A stretch of DNA of 32,000 nt from Opitutales bacterium (GCA_965219535.1 CBDCNV010000002.1:30001-62000), one strand, 5' to 3'. Positions 8,790-17,713 are shown, counted from the stretch's first letter. The notes: generated by a model from the sequence alone, not told the origin. Program-made: numbers and translations.

Positions 8790-9133
8790 GTGAAAGAGAG
8801 AGAGAGAGAAGAACGTTCCCGCTTTGGCAAGCAGTTTGACAAGGCTGTTGCGGAGTGGGATACGTACGAGCGGGTGAAAGCCAGCCGTAAGGTTGCCCCA
8901 GTGCATAAGTTCGGGCAGAAGGGCGAAGCCTCGTGGGCAAGGAAATTTATCATCGCAGTTCGCGGTTTAATTGGGTGGGTCCTTGTGGGCAAGAAAACTT
9001 ACACCGGACAGACACCACAAGATCAAGCAAAGGAGCCTCAAGAGCATTGAAGCGCCGAGCTGGGCTGTGTCCATTTCAAGTATTGGAGGATGGAGTCCCA
9101 AGGGTGGTCACATTTAAACCATTAGACTGTTAA
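8790..9133 (+). pseudogene. Probable remnant of a second integrase gene (3' tail retained)
   Basis: ORF 8933..9133 reads ..EIYHRSSR......VVTFKPLDC*, paralleling the intact integrase tail ..FDHYRSLASR......VVAFNPLD*. At the DNA level, tcgcatttaacccattagattga (8538..8560) matches tcacatttaaaccattagactg (9109..9130). Confidence 0.4.
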
Positions 9134-9138
9134 CGTGC

Positions 9139-10140
9139 ATGAACTTACCAGTCTACAATCCCTGTAAGCACGACATACCGGCGAAGATCTGGGAATTGCT
9201 TCGACGCAATAAAGCGTTTAAAGAAAAGACAGAGGAGCTTAATAGTTTTCAGGGCAATGAGGGAAGAAAGGAAAAATTCATCTTCGTTAAAAGAGAAAAT
9301 AATTATTTTGCGAGGATTGCCTGGAACTGGATGCATGAACCAGTACGAATCCCACCTGGGCGTGGGCCCAAAAGAGGTCAGCCTCAAGTAGTGGGTCCGA
9401 GGATGGAAGATGATCAGGTTCAGGCTTTAGAAGAATACGAAGCGGATAAGAGTCAGGGTCGCGCCCCTTTAAAGCTTGATTCAATCTGGCCCAATACTCC
9501 TCGGGGGTTTCAGAAGGCATACAGAGGTTATTGGGCGGACTATACGGCGGATATTTGCGAGATCGTCCCTTCAGGATTATATCCCAACGAAGATGCAATA
9601 CCCCCTGATATAGAAATAGCCCCTGCGCTGCCCCACGAAGACCATTCGCAAGCAGCTCTTGAGAGCTGCTTTTCGGATACGGCACTGTATTGGCACTGGA
9701 CAGTTAATACTAATCGTTTATTTGCCGTCCCTCGTGTCTCTATGAGAGACAAAAGTTCCCGTGATAAAATCATCAAGCTTATTACGGAAAAACTGGAAGA
9801 GGATTCCCCGCCACCAAAAGTCCAGTTGTTAGGGACAGAGTCGCAGTGGAAATCCTTTCTTGCTGTTGAGCACTTTCGCACATCTGAATCTCTACCACGG
9901 GCTGATGCGATTGAGAAAGCGATTGTTGAGCGGGGATTTGGTAAAAACCTTAACCCGGTTCTTCGAAAAAGGCGATACTATTCCCGTATTGAGGGACAAG
10001 CCGATGCGATAGATAATATTAGCCCCGAAGATTGTCCCGATCAAAATGGGTTGATACAACGCGTTTATCCAAACGTTTTTTCAATCACAGAAATAATTAA
10101 AATCGCTCTTGAAAGAGGGAATTCACCTGTTCTCCAATAA
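9139..10140 (+). CDS. Hypothetical 333-aa protein of the integrative element (N-terminal W-E-L-L-R-R-N motif)
   Basis: A long ORF with an ATG start. The N-terminus ..IPAKIWELLRRNKAFKEK.. recalls, from memory, the WEFLRRN signature of DUF6499/DUF2285-type proteins of integrative elements. I cannot verify that link. Confidence 0.5.
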   Translation: MNLPVYNPCKHDIPAKIWELLRRNKAFKEKTEELNSFQGNEGRKEKFIFVKRENNYFARIAWNWMHEPVRIPPGRGPKRGQPQVVGPRMEDDQVQALEEYEADKSQGRAPLKLDSIWPNTPRGFQKAYRGYWADYTADICEIVPSGLYPNEDAIPPDIEIAPALPHEDHSQAALESCFSDTALYWHWTVNTNRLFAVPRVSMRDKSSRDKIIKLITEKLEEDSPPPKVQLLGTESQWKSFLAVEHFRTSESLPRADAIEKAIVERGFGKNLNPVLRKRRYYSRIEGQADAIDNISPEDCPDQNGLIQRVYPNVFSITEIIKIALERGNSPVLQ

Positions 10141-10230
10141 CATACAGTATCTTTTAAAGTTACTGTATGCGATTACAGGAAAAATCGAGAAATGTGATGG
10201 TATAATGTGTGCCTTAAATTACAAGGCACC

Positions 10231-10476
10231 ATGGATACCCCATCTACACTCAATTCAGTTCGTATCGACCCGCCCTTGTTGCTGAGGGAGTCAGAGACCG
10301 CGCTAATACTTGGGGTCTCCATTCGCACAGTACGAAATTACGACAAGCGCGGACTGCTTAAGCCAATTCGCATGGGAGGTAGAAAGTTATACCGGCGTGA
10401 GACACTCTTTGCGACTTTGGAAAAGCTGGAAGATCAGCAGTCAGCGTCCCGCAAGCACAGGAAGAGGCATGCCTGA
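10231..10476 (+). CDS. Helix-turn-helix DNA-binding protein, excisionase/MerR-like
   Basis: ..LLLRESETALILGVSIRTVRNYDKRGLLKPIRMGGRKLYRRETL.. is the typical Xis/AlpA-type HTH pattern. The ATG at 10231 (MDTPSTL) is preferred over the upstream start of the ORF track. Confidence 0.7.
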   Translation: MDTPSTLNSVRIDPPLLLRESETALILGVSIRTVRNYDKRGLLKPIRMGGRKLYRRETLFATLEKLEDQQSASRKHRKRHA

Positions 10477-10813
10477 AACTCCAGCAGATCAAGGTAAAGA
10501 GCCCTCTTATTATCGGAATTTCAAGGATGCCCATATAATTATTTTACAGGAAGTACTGGGGACCAACGCTTCATATGCAATTTCAGTTTACAGGGCCCTG
10601 AACTGGATTGCTAATGATCATGGAGATCAATTTCGTCCCTTTTCTGCTGCGATCGGTTTGATCGCTTACCGCGCCGGTTTAGCAAAAAGGAAAACCTCGG
10701 ATGTGCTTAAAACATTAAGCGCTATAACGTTACTGAAAATAGAATCAGGTCGAGGCAAGAGAGTCTATTTCGATGCTGATTTAGTAAGAGAACATTTAAA
10801 GCAACATCACTAA
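10469..10813 (+). CDS. Hypothetical protein (possible winged-helix)
   Basis: The ATG at 10469 overlaps the stop of the HTH gene (ATGCCTGA). The upstream part of ORF 10310..10813 overlaps the HTH gene in another frame and is probably not coding. Confidence 0.45.
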   Translation: MPETPADQGKEPSYYRNFKDAHIIILQEVLGTNASYAISVYRALNWIANDHGDQFRPFSAAIGLIAYRAGLAKRKTSDVLKTLSAITLLKIESGRGKRVYFDADLVREHLKQHH

Positions 10814-10938
10814 ATTTCACCCTACTGACTTAAAATAACGATGAAGGGATATATGATATGTTCAGACCAAATTCAAACTTGAAGATTCTGGAGAAACTCG
10901 AAATTCCATCCCTGGGAGGACGTTAAAACGTAAAGAAA

Positions 10939-11649
10939 ATGACACAACTCGGTTATATATTTCTGCATAGAAAGCTACTTGACTCCGATCTTTGGCGACT
11001 ACCACCGGTAACCGTGAAAACAGCCGTATATCTAATCTTATCTTGTAATCATAAGGCTTCGTTCTGGGCTACGATTACTATCGAAAGAGGTGAGACATTC
11101 CGAACGATCGATAGAATAGCAACTGAAACCTCAATGTCCGCTCCCACCATTCGCAACGCTCTTAGAAAACTGAAATCAGTGGGTTTCATCAAAATATCCA
11201 CCCCACTGGGGAAAAACAGGGGGTCTCTAATCAAAGTTATAAATTATCACAAATATCAAAATTCTCATTCACCCCAGTCTGATTCTTCGCTTACTCAAAA
11301 AAAGAGCAAAAAGGATTTGAATAATTCTGGACACGAGCTTGTGCAACAAGCAGAGGAAATCTACAAAATTTACCCAAAAAAAGTAGGTAAACCTTCTGCC
11401 ATTAGCGCAATTAAAAAGGCCATAAATAAGGACGGCTTTAAGCACGTTTTTGAAAAGACCGAATTATACGCAAAGGAGTATAATGGTGAGAGCAGATATA
11501 TTCCCCATCCAAGTAAATTTTTCAATCAAGAGCGCTACAATGATACCCCATCTGAATGGTCACAAAATGTAAAAAGAACTACGAGCCAATTTAAACCTCA
11601 ACAAATTTCAACCGCTGATTTTAAAACAGGAATAAAGGAGGAACTATGA
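10939..11649 (+). CDS. Replication-initiator-like protein (phage O / DnaD-like winged-helix N-terminus)
   Basis: The N-terminus YIFLHRKLLDSDLW...TVKTAVYLILSCNH...TFRTIDRIATETSMSAPTIRNALRKLKSVGFI is typical of phage or plasmid replication proteins. Its stop overlaps the start of the downstream AAA+ loader (ATGA). Confidence 0.55.
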   Translation: MTQLGYIFLHRKLLDSDLWRLPPVTVKTAVYLILSCNHKASFWATITIERGETFRTIDRIATETSMSAPTIRNALRKLKSVGFIKISTPLGKNRGSLIKVINYHKYQNSHSPQSDSSLTQKKSKKDLNNSGHELVQQAEEIYKIYPKKVGKPSAISAIKKAINKDGFKHVFEKTELYAKEYNGESRYIPHPSKFFNQERYNDTPSEWSQNVKRTTSQFKPQQISTADFKTGIKEEL

Positions 11650-12542
11650 AAAGAGACGGTCCAAACGTAATATGGGAAGATGTATTGAAAAGTGATGTAT
11701 CAGAAATAGAAAAAGCACACAAGTTATGGTTGTCAAAGTTACCACCACAATATTGTGCAATTCATAAAGAGGAGCAACTAATCTTAGAGGTTAATAAAAG
11801 CATAGATAGAGTAAAATCAGTTAATCTTGATATTAGATATGGCCTATCAGAAACAGAATTAGCCAGTGATCATTGGCGGTTTTACTTCATAGGTAAATGC
11901 ACAAAATGTAAACAGATAGAAATTGCCTCAGAAATCTCAAACCTGTATCGTGATTCTTCATTTGATAACTTTAAATGCGATGAGAAAAACCTGGAAAGTA
12001 TAGTCAAACGGTTAAAATCATATGCAAAAGAACCTCATGGATTTTTGCTTATGCAAGGAGGAATTGGAACTGGAAAAACTCATTTGGCGGTATCTATTTT
12101 AAGAGAAACACCGCTATCGTTTAACTACGTCTCTCATTTAAATCTTATTCAAGAATATAGGAATTTTCACTACAATAGGCCAAATACAGATACCAAGGAG
12201 GAGGATTATGGCGCTCAAAATTTTTTGGTAGGGGATTATACAAAAAAACCAGAAAGATATGAAATTTTACAAGATTCATCCCTCCTGTGCGTAGATGATT
12301 TCGGATGGGTAAAACACAGTCAGGACGAAGCATTAACAACATTCGAAATTTTGGACTATCGTATTCAGAAATTACTCCCCACGATACTTGTGACAAATAA
12401 TACGACCGAAGAACTTAAAGAAATAATCGATCCAAGACTACTGGATCGAATCAAACAAGCGTTGTATGCATCTCTGGAATTTGGCCTCCCTTCGAGACGG
12501 AAAAATATGAATTCACAGTATTTGGAAAGAGCTTCCAAGTAG
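11646..12542 (+). CDS. DnaC/IstB-like AAA+ ATPase (helicase loader)
   Basis: Walker A is GGIGTGKTHLAVSI and Walker B is LLCVDDFG. These are followed by ..ILVTNNT..L...IDPRLLDRI, as in DnaC/IstB family proteins. Confidence 0.75.
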   Translation: MKRDGPNVIWEDVLKSDVSEIEKAHKLWLSKLPPQYCAIHKEEQLILEVNKSIDRVKSVNLDIRYGLSETELASDHWRFYFIGKCTKCKQIEIASEISNLYRDSSFDNFKCDEKNLESIVKRLKSYAKEPHGFLLMQGGIGTGKTHLAVSILRETPLSFNYVSHLNLIQEYRNFHYNRPNTDTKEEDYGAQNFLVGDYTKKPERYEILQDSSLLCVDDFGWVKHSQDEALTTFEILDYRIQKLLPTILVTNNTTEELKEIIDPRLLDRIKQALYASLEFGLPSRRKNMNSQYLERASK

Positions 12543-13100
12543 GAACGCTAGTGCAGGGAAGGTCCTGACATTATAGTTTCTGTTTATAGAAATATATATT
12601 CTTCATTTAGAATATGTTTGGTCCCTGTATAGCAGTTTGTGAAACTTCCCAGGATAAGTAGCTCGGTTCGAAATAAATTTGCAGCTAATGTAAAAGCAAT
12701 TTTTCAACCGTATGAAAAATATTTATCAACTGTATGAAAAAGTTTTTCGTACAGATCGAAAATTGTTTTCGATAAACAAGAAAGAATAAGAATAATTAGT
12801 AAAAGAAGAAGAATAAGAATTATATATACGTGTGCATTTATCTGTTTTGGTTCTGTCTCTGATATTATCTTTAGAGAATATTTCCAGCAATTACGATTAG
12901 CTTCTGCTAGAAGCTAATTATGGGTTACAGTGTATGTTTATGAATTTAATAATTAACGGACATTGAGGACAAATTCTCTTCTCTACTATTTTAGTACGAG
13001 GATATTGTCGGAGAGATATCGAGTAAGTTATAAAAAATGTGTACTTTTGTACATTCAATTAAATGGTTTCGAAGTTGGGGAACTTTTTGAAGCTTGTACG

Positions 13101-13244
13101 CTTAATTTGATTTGCCCGTGAAGGGGTCTGAGCGCCTCGAGAAAGGCCGTTTGTATCTTAAGGCAAGTAAATATTTCACAACGAAGGGTGATCGTACATT
13201 TTAGAGCCAATAAAATGCGTTTCTTTTTAAATCATTGTTGATGC
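13101..13244 (+). repeat. 144-nt direct repeat, copy 1 (upstream of the double-Cache gene)
   Basis: cttaatttgatttgcccgtgaaggggtctgagcgcctcgagaaaggccgtttgtatcttaaggca..aagggtgatcgtacatttt..tttttaaat.. matches 14557..14700. The match has conserved blocks and two equal-length divergent blocks (18 and 13 nt). Confidence 0.85.
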
Positions 13245-13383
13245 CATTTCTTACGATCCCCAAGCTCATGTATTTGCAGTGCACCTTCCCCGTCATTCCC
13301 TATCTCTTCTGATCTCTTGGGTTGTTGATTGCTATGCCCCAGCTTCCGGGGAGTGTCTAAGCTTGAAACCTTTTTGAAGGCCA

Positions 13384-13413
13384 TTGACAAATTTTATTAA
13401 ATCATTGTATACG
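13384..13413 (+). promoter_or_regulatory. Possible sigma70-type promoter of the double-Cache gene
   Basis: TTGACA (13384..13389), an 18-nt spacer, then TATACG (13408..13413), about 45 nt upstream of the ATG at 13458. This is a pattern match only. Confidence 0.3.
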
Positions 13414-13457
13414 ACTTCCCGCTTTTTCCATAAGCGAACAACCCCCCATATTTGCCA

Positions 13458-14432
13458 ATGATAAAACACAGTCTCTGCTCATTGCTGATACCCTTAATAT
13501 CAACGTACGCCGTGCTGCCGATGTTCGGTGCTGCTGAATCTTCGACTTGCGCGGATCACTCGATCGTGGCCAGTGCGGTGCGCACCCCGGAGGACATACA
13601 GGCTTTCGTTCAATGCGCCTACGAGTACGTCCAAGAAGAGGGCTTTGAGGAAGCACGCAGGGCCTTTCACGAGGACGAGCGTTGGAGACACGGTCCGATC
13701 TATATCTTCGTCTCCGAAGTGACAGCGGTGAGCGATCAGACTCGAAGCTTTGTCTTCCCGCCCGATCCGTCAAGGGAAGGATTAACATTCAGACGACTGC
13801 TGGTCGACGCCTTCGGCAACAACTACTACAAGGAACGGTATCGTATCTTGAGTATTGTCGAGGAGGGCTGGATCTATTACTCCTTCACAAACCCCGAGAC
13901 GGGCAGGGATGAGCCGAAGGCTTCCTATGTCAAGAACATCGACTGGAACGGGACTCCGGCTGCGATCGGCGCGGGGATCTACCGCCGCGACATCCCCGGT
14001 ACGTGCAACAGTGAAGAAGTTAACGCCATGTTGCTTGATGGGGATCCTTCCAACGAGAGGCTCAAGGAGTTTGTCCGCTGCGCCGCGATAGAGCTTGAAA
14101 TGAAGGGCTACTTCGCGATCAACACATTGACGAAGGAGCCGCGATGGAAACACGAATCAATCTACTTGTTTGCAATCGATACTTATGGCTATACGCTGTT
14201 CAGCGGAGATCCATACAGCCAGGGGTTGGGGGTATCTGAGTTGAAAGGAACGGTCGAAGAGCATGATTTAGTGAGCGTTGCAGAGGCTTTCGGAGAAAGC
14301 TTCCTGTATTACACGAAGCGCAATCCGGCAAGTGGAATGGAGGAGCGCAAGGTGACTTTCGTTAAAAGGATCGTATCCTTTGGACTGCCGATTCTGATCG
14401 GGGCGGGCTATTACCTGGATGAGGGTCCGTAA
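13458..14432 (+). CDS. Secreted protein with two tandem Cache(sCache_2)-like domains
   Basis: There is an N-terminal signal-like segment (MIKHSLCSLLIPLISTYAVLPMFGAAES). Two modules of the pattern IYIFV...(F/Y)..P......GWIYYSFTNPETGRDEPKASYVKNIDWNGTPAAIGAGIY and IYLFAID.YGYTLFSGDP......FLYYTKRNPASGMEERKVTFVKRIVSFGLPILIGAGYY follow. The gene is noticeably more GC-rich than its flanks. Confidence 0.7.
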   Translation: MIKHSLCSLLIPLISTYAVLPMFGAAESSTCADHSIVASAVRTPEDIQAFVQCAYEYVQEEGFEEARRAFHEDERWRHGPIYIFVSEVTAVSDQTRSFVFPPDPSREGLTFRRLLVDAFGNNYYKERYRILSIVEEGWIYYSFTNPETGRDEPKASYVKNIDWNGTPAAIGAGIYRRDIPGTCNSEEVNAMLLDGDPSNERLKEFVRCAAIELEMKGYFAINTLTKEPRWKHESIYLFAIDTYGYTLFSGDPYSQGLGVSELKGTVEEHDLVSVAEAFGESFLYYTKRNPASGMEERKVTFVKRIVSFGLPILIGAGYYLDEGP

Positions 14433-14495
14433 GAGGCCGGGCAAAGCTTGCGCGATAACACCGGGAACTCATAAACTCACCCTGAGAACAATTAA

Positions 14496-14530
14496 GAGCC
14501 CCTGTCATGATGTTGACAGGGTGGCTCTTT
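14496..14530 (+). terminator. Hairpin downstream of the double-Cache gene (possible intrinsic terminator)
   Basis: gagcccctgtca-tgatgt-tgacagggtggctc forms an 8-bp stem, a 2-nt bulge and a further 4 bp, followed by only ttt. Confidence 0.35.
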
Positions 14531-14556
14531 GCGGGGTGGATTTTTTATGCATCACA

Positions 14557-14700
14557 CTTAATTTGATTTGCCCGTGAAGGGGTCTGAGCGCCTCGAGAAA
14601 GGACGTTTGCATCTTAAGGCAGTGGGGTTTTTAATAACAAAGGGTGATCGTACATTTAAAAGCCAAATTAAGCAGGGTCTTTTTAAATTATTTTTGCTGC
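14557..14700 (+). repeat. 144-nt direct repeat, copy 2 (downstream of the double-Cache gene)
   Basis: See copy 1. It has the same length and same-orientation conserved blocks. Confidence 0.85.
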
Positions 14701-15777
14701 AAAACTTTGCCCTTTGCAAAAATATTTTCCGGTGAGTAAATCGATATATGGACTAGGGGTTCGGTCTTCTGATCGCACCCCCCCCGCCCCCCGTAACCTG
14801 ATTTGCCCCCAGATTGGTTTATTCCCAAATTAGCGGACACCGGCGGTGTCAGACGGCGAACGTTTTCTTGATAGGGATACTCTGAATTATGGGGCGCAGT
14901 GCGTATAACAATAGTATGTCAACCCCGGCTTAATCAGGGTTTTAAACTGGGGCTTACTCCTTAATTAGCGTTTGTTTAAGAACGTTAGGAATTTTATGTA
15001 TAAATTTAATATGTTGAATATAAACTATTTACAAATAAACTGGACATAATAATGATTGTGCGGGTCTCCTTCTAAGACCTCCTTTTAGGGCCGTTCTCTT
15101 TTGGTCCGCGTACACTGCCGCCAATAACGGTCTGCTCAAGCAACCTTCAAACGGCCAGTCACTCTTTTTTTATGTGTCCACAGGTTGGCCTTCATTGTGG
15201 ACAAGCTAAAATAACCTTTAATCGATGGGCGGATCGATAAGAGAGGATCGTGTCGATCCTCACGCTCCTTTTTTAAGTGTGTCCACAGTTCACCGTTGTA
15301 CAAAGGGATACGACAGACATAAAAAATGACAATATTGACGGCATCGATCTGACACGCAAAAAAAACACCCCTCCTTGACCATCTCTCAGATCCAGGAAGG
15401 TTCTGAAAATAGCGCCGAAAAAGTTACCCCTCGAAATAAAATTCTGTCATGAGGAACTGTAAAATGCAGTTGCCAATCGACAGTTTGTCCGGAAACCATC
15501 CAAGCGGCTTGCAGGGTAGCAGGACCAAGTTCGAAGTGTTCCCTCTTTTCTCCATCAACAGTTCAGTGTCTACCCTAAAGTCTCAGCCCAGGGATGCCCA
15601 GGCATCAATGAGTGCAACTATCAGGGGCGAATAGGCGATTTGGCTTATTTCTCCAAACAGATTAAGCGCAAACTCAAAAAAAGATTTTTAGAAATGGGAA
15701 ACCATCAAAACGTATTTTTCAGCAGGGTGATAATCGGATTTGAATAAGGGCGACTCTAGCCTGGCAACTCAAGACCG

Positions 15778-16206
15778 CTATTTAGCAACGCGTGATCTTG
15801 CCAAACGCAAGCAGCAGGTATGGATCAACACCGGAATCCCGACCAGGAGGAGATAGGGAATCAGCGCTCCGAACAGTATACCAGGCGGGCCGAGCAACCC
15901 TCCAACTAAACTGAACCAAACTGCAAGTGGAGTTGCTAGCGCAACTGCGACCATCAAGGTACTTCGCCAAGCTCCACTAGAGCCCTTCAATAGCCGTTGC
16001 ACCAGCAACCCAATCAACAGGCCGCACAGGAAGAACATGATGAGCCCTAACAGAATGAACGGTATCTCCAACAGGATGATCGGATTCCAACTCTCCCTGC
16101 CGCCGAATCGCACGATGGCCACCAAGGTTTGCAGTATGCATAAGCCCGCACCAAAGAGCACGGGTGTCTTCCAATAACGCCAGGACGGTTTAAATCTCAT
16201 AGGCAT
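15778..16206 (-). CDS. Small integral membrane protein (about 4 predicted TM segments)
   Basis: From the ATG at 16206 (MPMRFKPSWRYWKTPVLFGAGLCILQTLVAIV..) there are four long hydrophobic stretches. The upstream part of ORF 15778..16371 overlaps a gene remnant and is probably not coding. Confidence 0.5.
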   Translation of the reverse strand: MPMRFKPSWRYWKTPVLFGAGLCILQTLVAIVRFGGRESWNPIILLEIPFILLGLIMFFLCGLLIGLLVQRLLKGSSGAWRSTLMVAVALATPLAVWFSLVGGLLGPPGILFGALIPYLLLVGIPVLIHTCCLRLARSRVAK

Positions 16207-16252
16207 GATTCCTAAAGGCCGGGTCTTGTGTTCTTTTCTCGTAAGGAACGTT

Positions 16253-16459
16253 TCACAGTGTGTCATGCATAAGCGTTTTAATATCCTGATAGCGAATACT
16301 TTTGGCCGTCGTATCACGCTGCTCCAAGGTCTGGGGTAAAACGCAGCTACAACGCCCTTCTGATCCCTCATTGATCGCAGCGGCCAATGCCGTGTTGCCT
16401 ATCAAATCTTTGAGACTGAATAATTCCCCTGCAAAATACACTTTTCTCGTTTCAACCAC
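16253..16459 (-). pseudogene. N-terminal fragment of a nucleoside 2-deoxyribosyltransferase-like protein
   Basis: MVETRKVYFAGELFSLKDLIGNTALAAAI... matches the family's N-terminal (V/I)YxAGxLFS pattern. The ORF stops after 68 aa, well short of the family length. Confidence 0.4.
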
Positions 16460-16885
16460 GATATGTTCTAATTTGATTTCTGTTTATGTTACCTTACTTT
16501 TGAGATCGTCGAATATATAATTCCCAGACTTTATCATTCAAAGTCACCGTATAGGAACTATCAAGGTCTGCAGTCACTCTTCCCATAAGTTCTGTTTTCA
16601 CACCAAGCCCTAATTTTTAAGCTTATCGGCGACTTGATCGTCATCCACAAGGTCAATTGTAGCTAAACTATCTCGATCAACTTCTTCTCAATAGCAGCTT
16701 AGGTGAAACTACTCGTTGTACTGAACATGCTTCTGTCTGCACGTTCACCATTTCATGCATTTAGTCTATTAATGCAGATCCATCTGAACTCAAAACGGGT
16801 TCATTAGTTGCTCATAACAATCCACAATACAAAACCTCTTTTATGGATTCAATATCACCCTGATCAAAATGAACCACTATCCCTT

Positions 16886-17239
16886 TTATTTCACATCATT
16901 AGGGATTTTCCGGAGAACACTGTGTAACTGTTTTAAAAATTCTTTGGCAAAGTTCATTTCAAGTTCTTCCGTCGCACCAACTAAAAGTGGCTGTGCAAAA
17001 TCACCATTATCATTTCGTAGCAATGAAAGCCACTTGGATGGGGAGTACCTTGCAATCATGCCCAACACATAAGAAGACAACTTAATAAATTCTGTTAATT
17101 TGTCTCCGTTTAGAAAACCTTGTATTACCAACATGGTTTCGCCGCTATTATAGTGGAAAACTGGAAGTATTTCGTAACGCTGCCTCCAGTCTGGATTTGT
17201 GAAAATTAGACAATCTTCTGCTTTATCGCTTTGTCTCAA
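16886..17239 (-). pseudogene. Hypothetical protein, C-terminal part only; 5' end cut by the IS at 17251
   Basis: The ORF abuts the IS terminus. The segment ..LSSYVLGMIARYSPSKWLSLL.. resembles the YaaC-like RYxPxxW motif from memory only. Confidence 0.35.
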
Positions 17240-17555
17240 TCCAGGGGCTGTGATCGGATCCCGTTATTCGTACCAATTTTTAAGTGAGAGAGTTACCGGG
17301 TGTTAATGGTTTTAGGATTGATGTATATGAGAGATCTTGGCGCAGTGAGGGCGTAGCCCGAACGCGGCCAAGATCGGAAAGGAATCTGACAAACTCTTGT
17401 GGGCTTTTAAAGCCTAAACGACTGTGGGGATGTTCATTATTGTAATTATGACGCCATTGTTCGATTACCACTTGGGCTTCAGCTACGCTGAGCAACACTT
17501 CACGGTTCAAACACTCATCGCGTAATCGGTTGTAAAACGACTCGATGAAACCATT

Positions 17556-17599
17556 TGTTATTCTCGCTATGGCTCGTTGAGGTGTCGCTTCGCTCGGTA
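17556..17599 (-). repeat. Mini-insertion E2 (44 nt) in the type 2 transposase, at the same codons as 3942..3985
   Basis: The coding strand reads ccctggc[taccgagcgaagcgacacctcaacgagccatagcgagaataaca]aatggtttcatcgag. It matches E2 of copy A at 42 of 44 positions. Confidence 0.85.
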
Positions 17600-17680
17600 G
17601 CCAGGGACTGGCTGGATCGATATAGATCGCCTTGAGATGTTTTTGTCTGACAACCACTGCTGCACCTGATGAGCAATGAA

Positions 17681-17713
17681 TGGCTTCGCATGTCGTCGCT
17701 TCGCACCTCGGAA
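17681..17713 (-). repeat. Mini-insertion E1 (33 nt) in the type 2 transposase, at the same codons as 3830..3862
   Basis: The coding strand reads aacggcagtg[ttccgaggtgcgaagcgacgacatgcgaagcca]ttcattgctcat. It matches E1 of copy A at 32 of 33 positions. Confidence 0.85.

Larger units (their letters stand above)
7214..12542 (+). mobile_element. Integrative element (integrase, Xis-like HTH and replication module); right boundary not determined
   Basis: It starts exactly where IS copy B is truncated. All genes are co-oriented (int, HTH, replication-initiator-like, AAA+ loader). An AT-rich ORF-free region follows. No att repeat was identified. Confidence 0.5.

Noticed and set aside
8795-8808. An (AG)7 dinucleotide repeat lies at the start of ORF 8790..9050, which could act as a phase-variation switch.
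   Set aside because: The surrounding ORF is probably part of a decayed integrase region rather than a functional gene, and there is no evidence of length polymorphism from a single sequence.
12655-12680. gctcggttcgaaat resembles a tRNA T-arm (GGTTCGAAT). It could be a tRNA-derived att site for the integrase.
   Set aside because: There is no complementary T-stem, acceptor stem or other tRNA element around it. It is an isolated 9-nt similarity in AT-rich DNA.
13402-14153. Antisense and alternative-frame ORFs overlapping the double-Cache gene (13402..13788, 13782..14153, 13855..14091 and others).
   Set aside because: The GC-rich sequence yields long spurious ORFs. They are Arg/Ser/Pro-rich and low in complexity with no motifs, whereas the plus-strand frame has a clear domain pattern.
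15243-15274. The perfect 8-bp hairpin gaggatcg-tgt-cgatcctc is followed 7 nt later by tttttt. A related gtgtccacag motif occurs at 15173..15182 and 15279..15288. Together these could mark a terminator or small RNA in the ORF-free 14.7-15.8 kb stretch.
   Set aside because: The gap between stem and T-run is atypical for an intrinsic terminator. No upstream gene or promoter can be assigned, and I recognised no known ncRNA family (tmRNA, RNase P, SRP, 6S). It is left unannotated.
15449-15634. A 61-aa ORF is the only ORF called in the 14.7-15.8 kb gap.
   Set aside because: It has no SD or motif support, its composition is unremarkable and its length is at the noise threshold.
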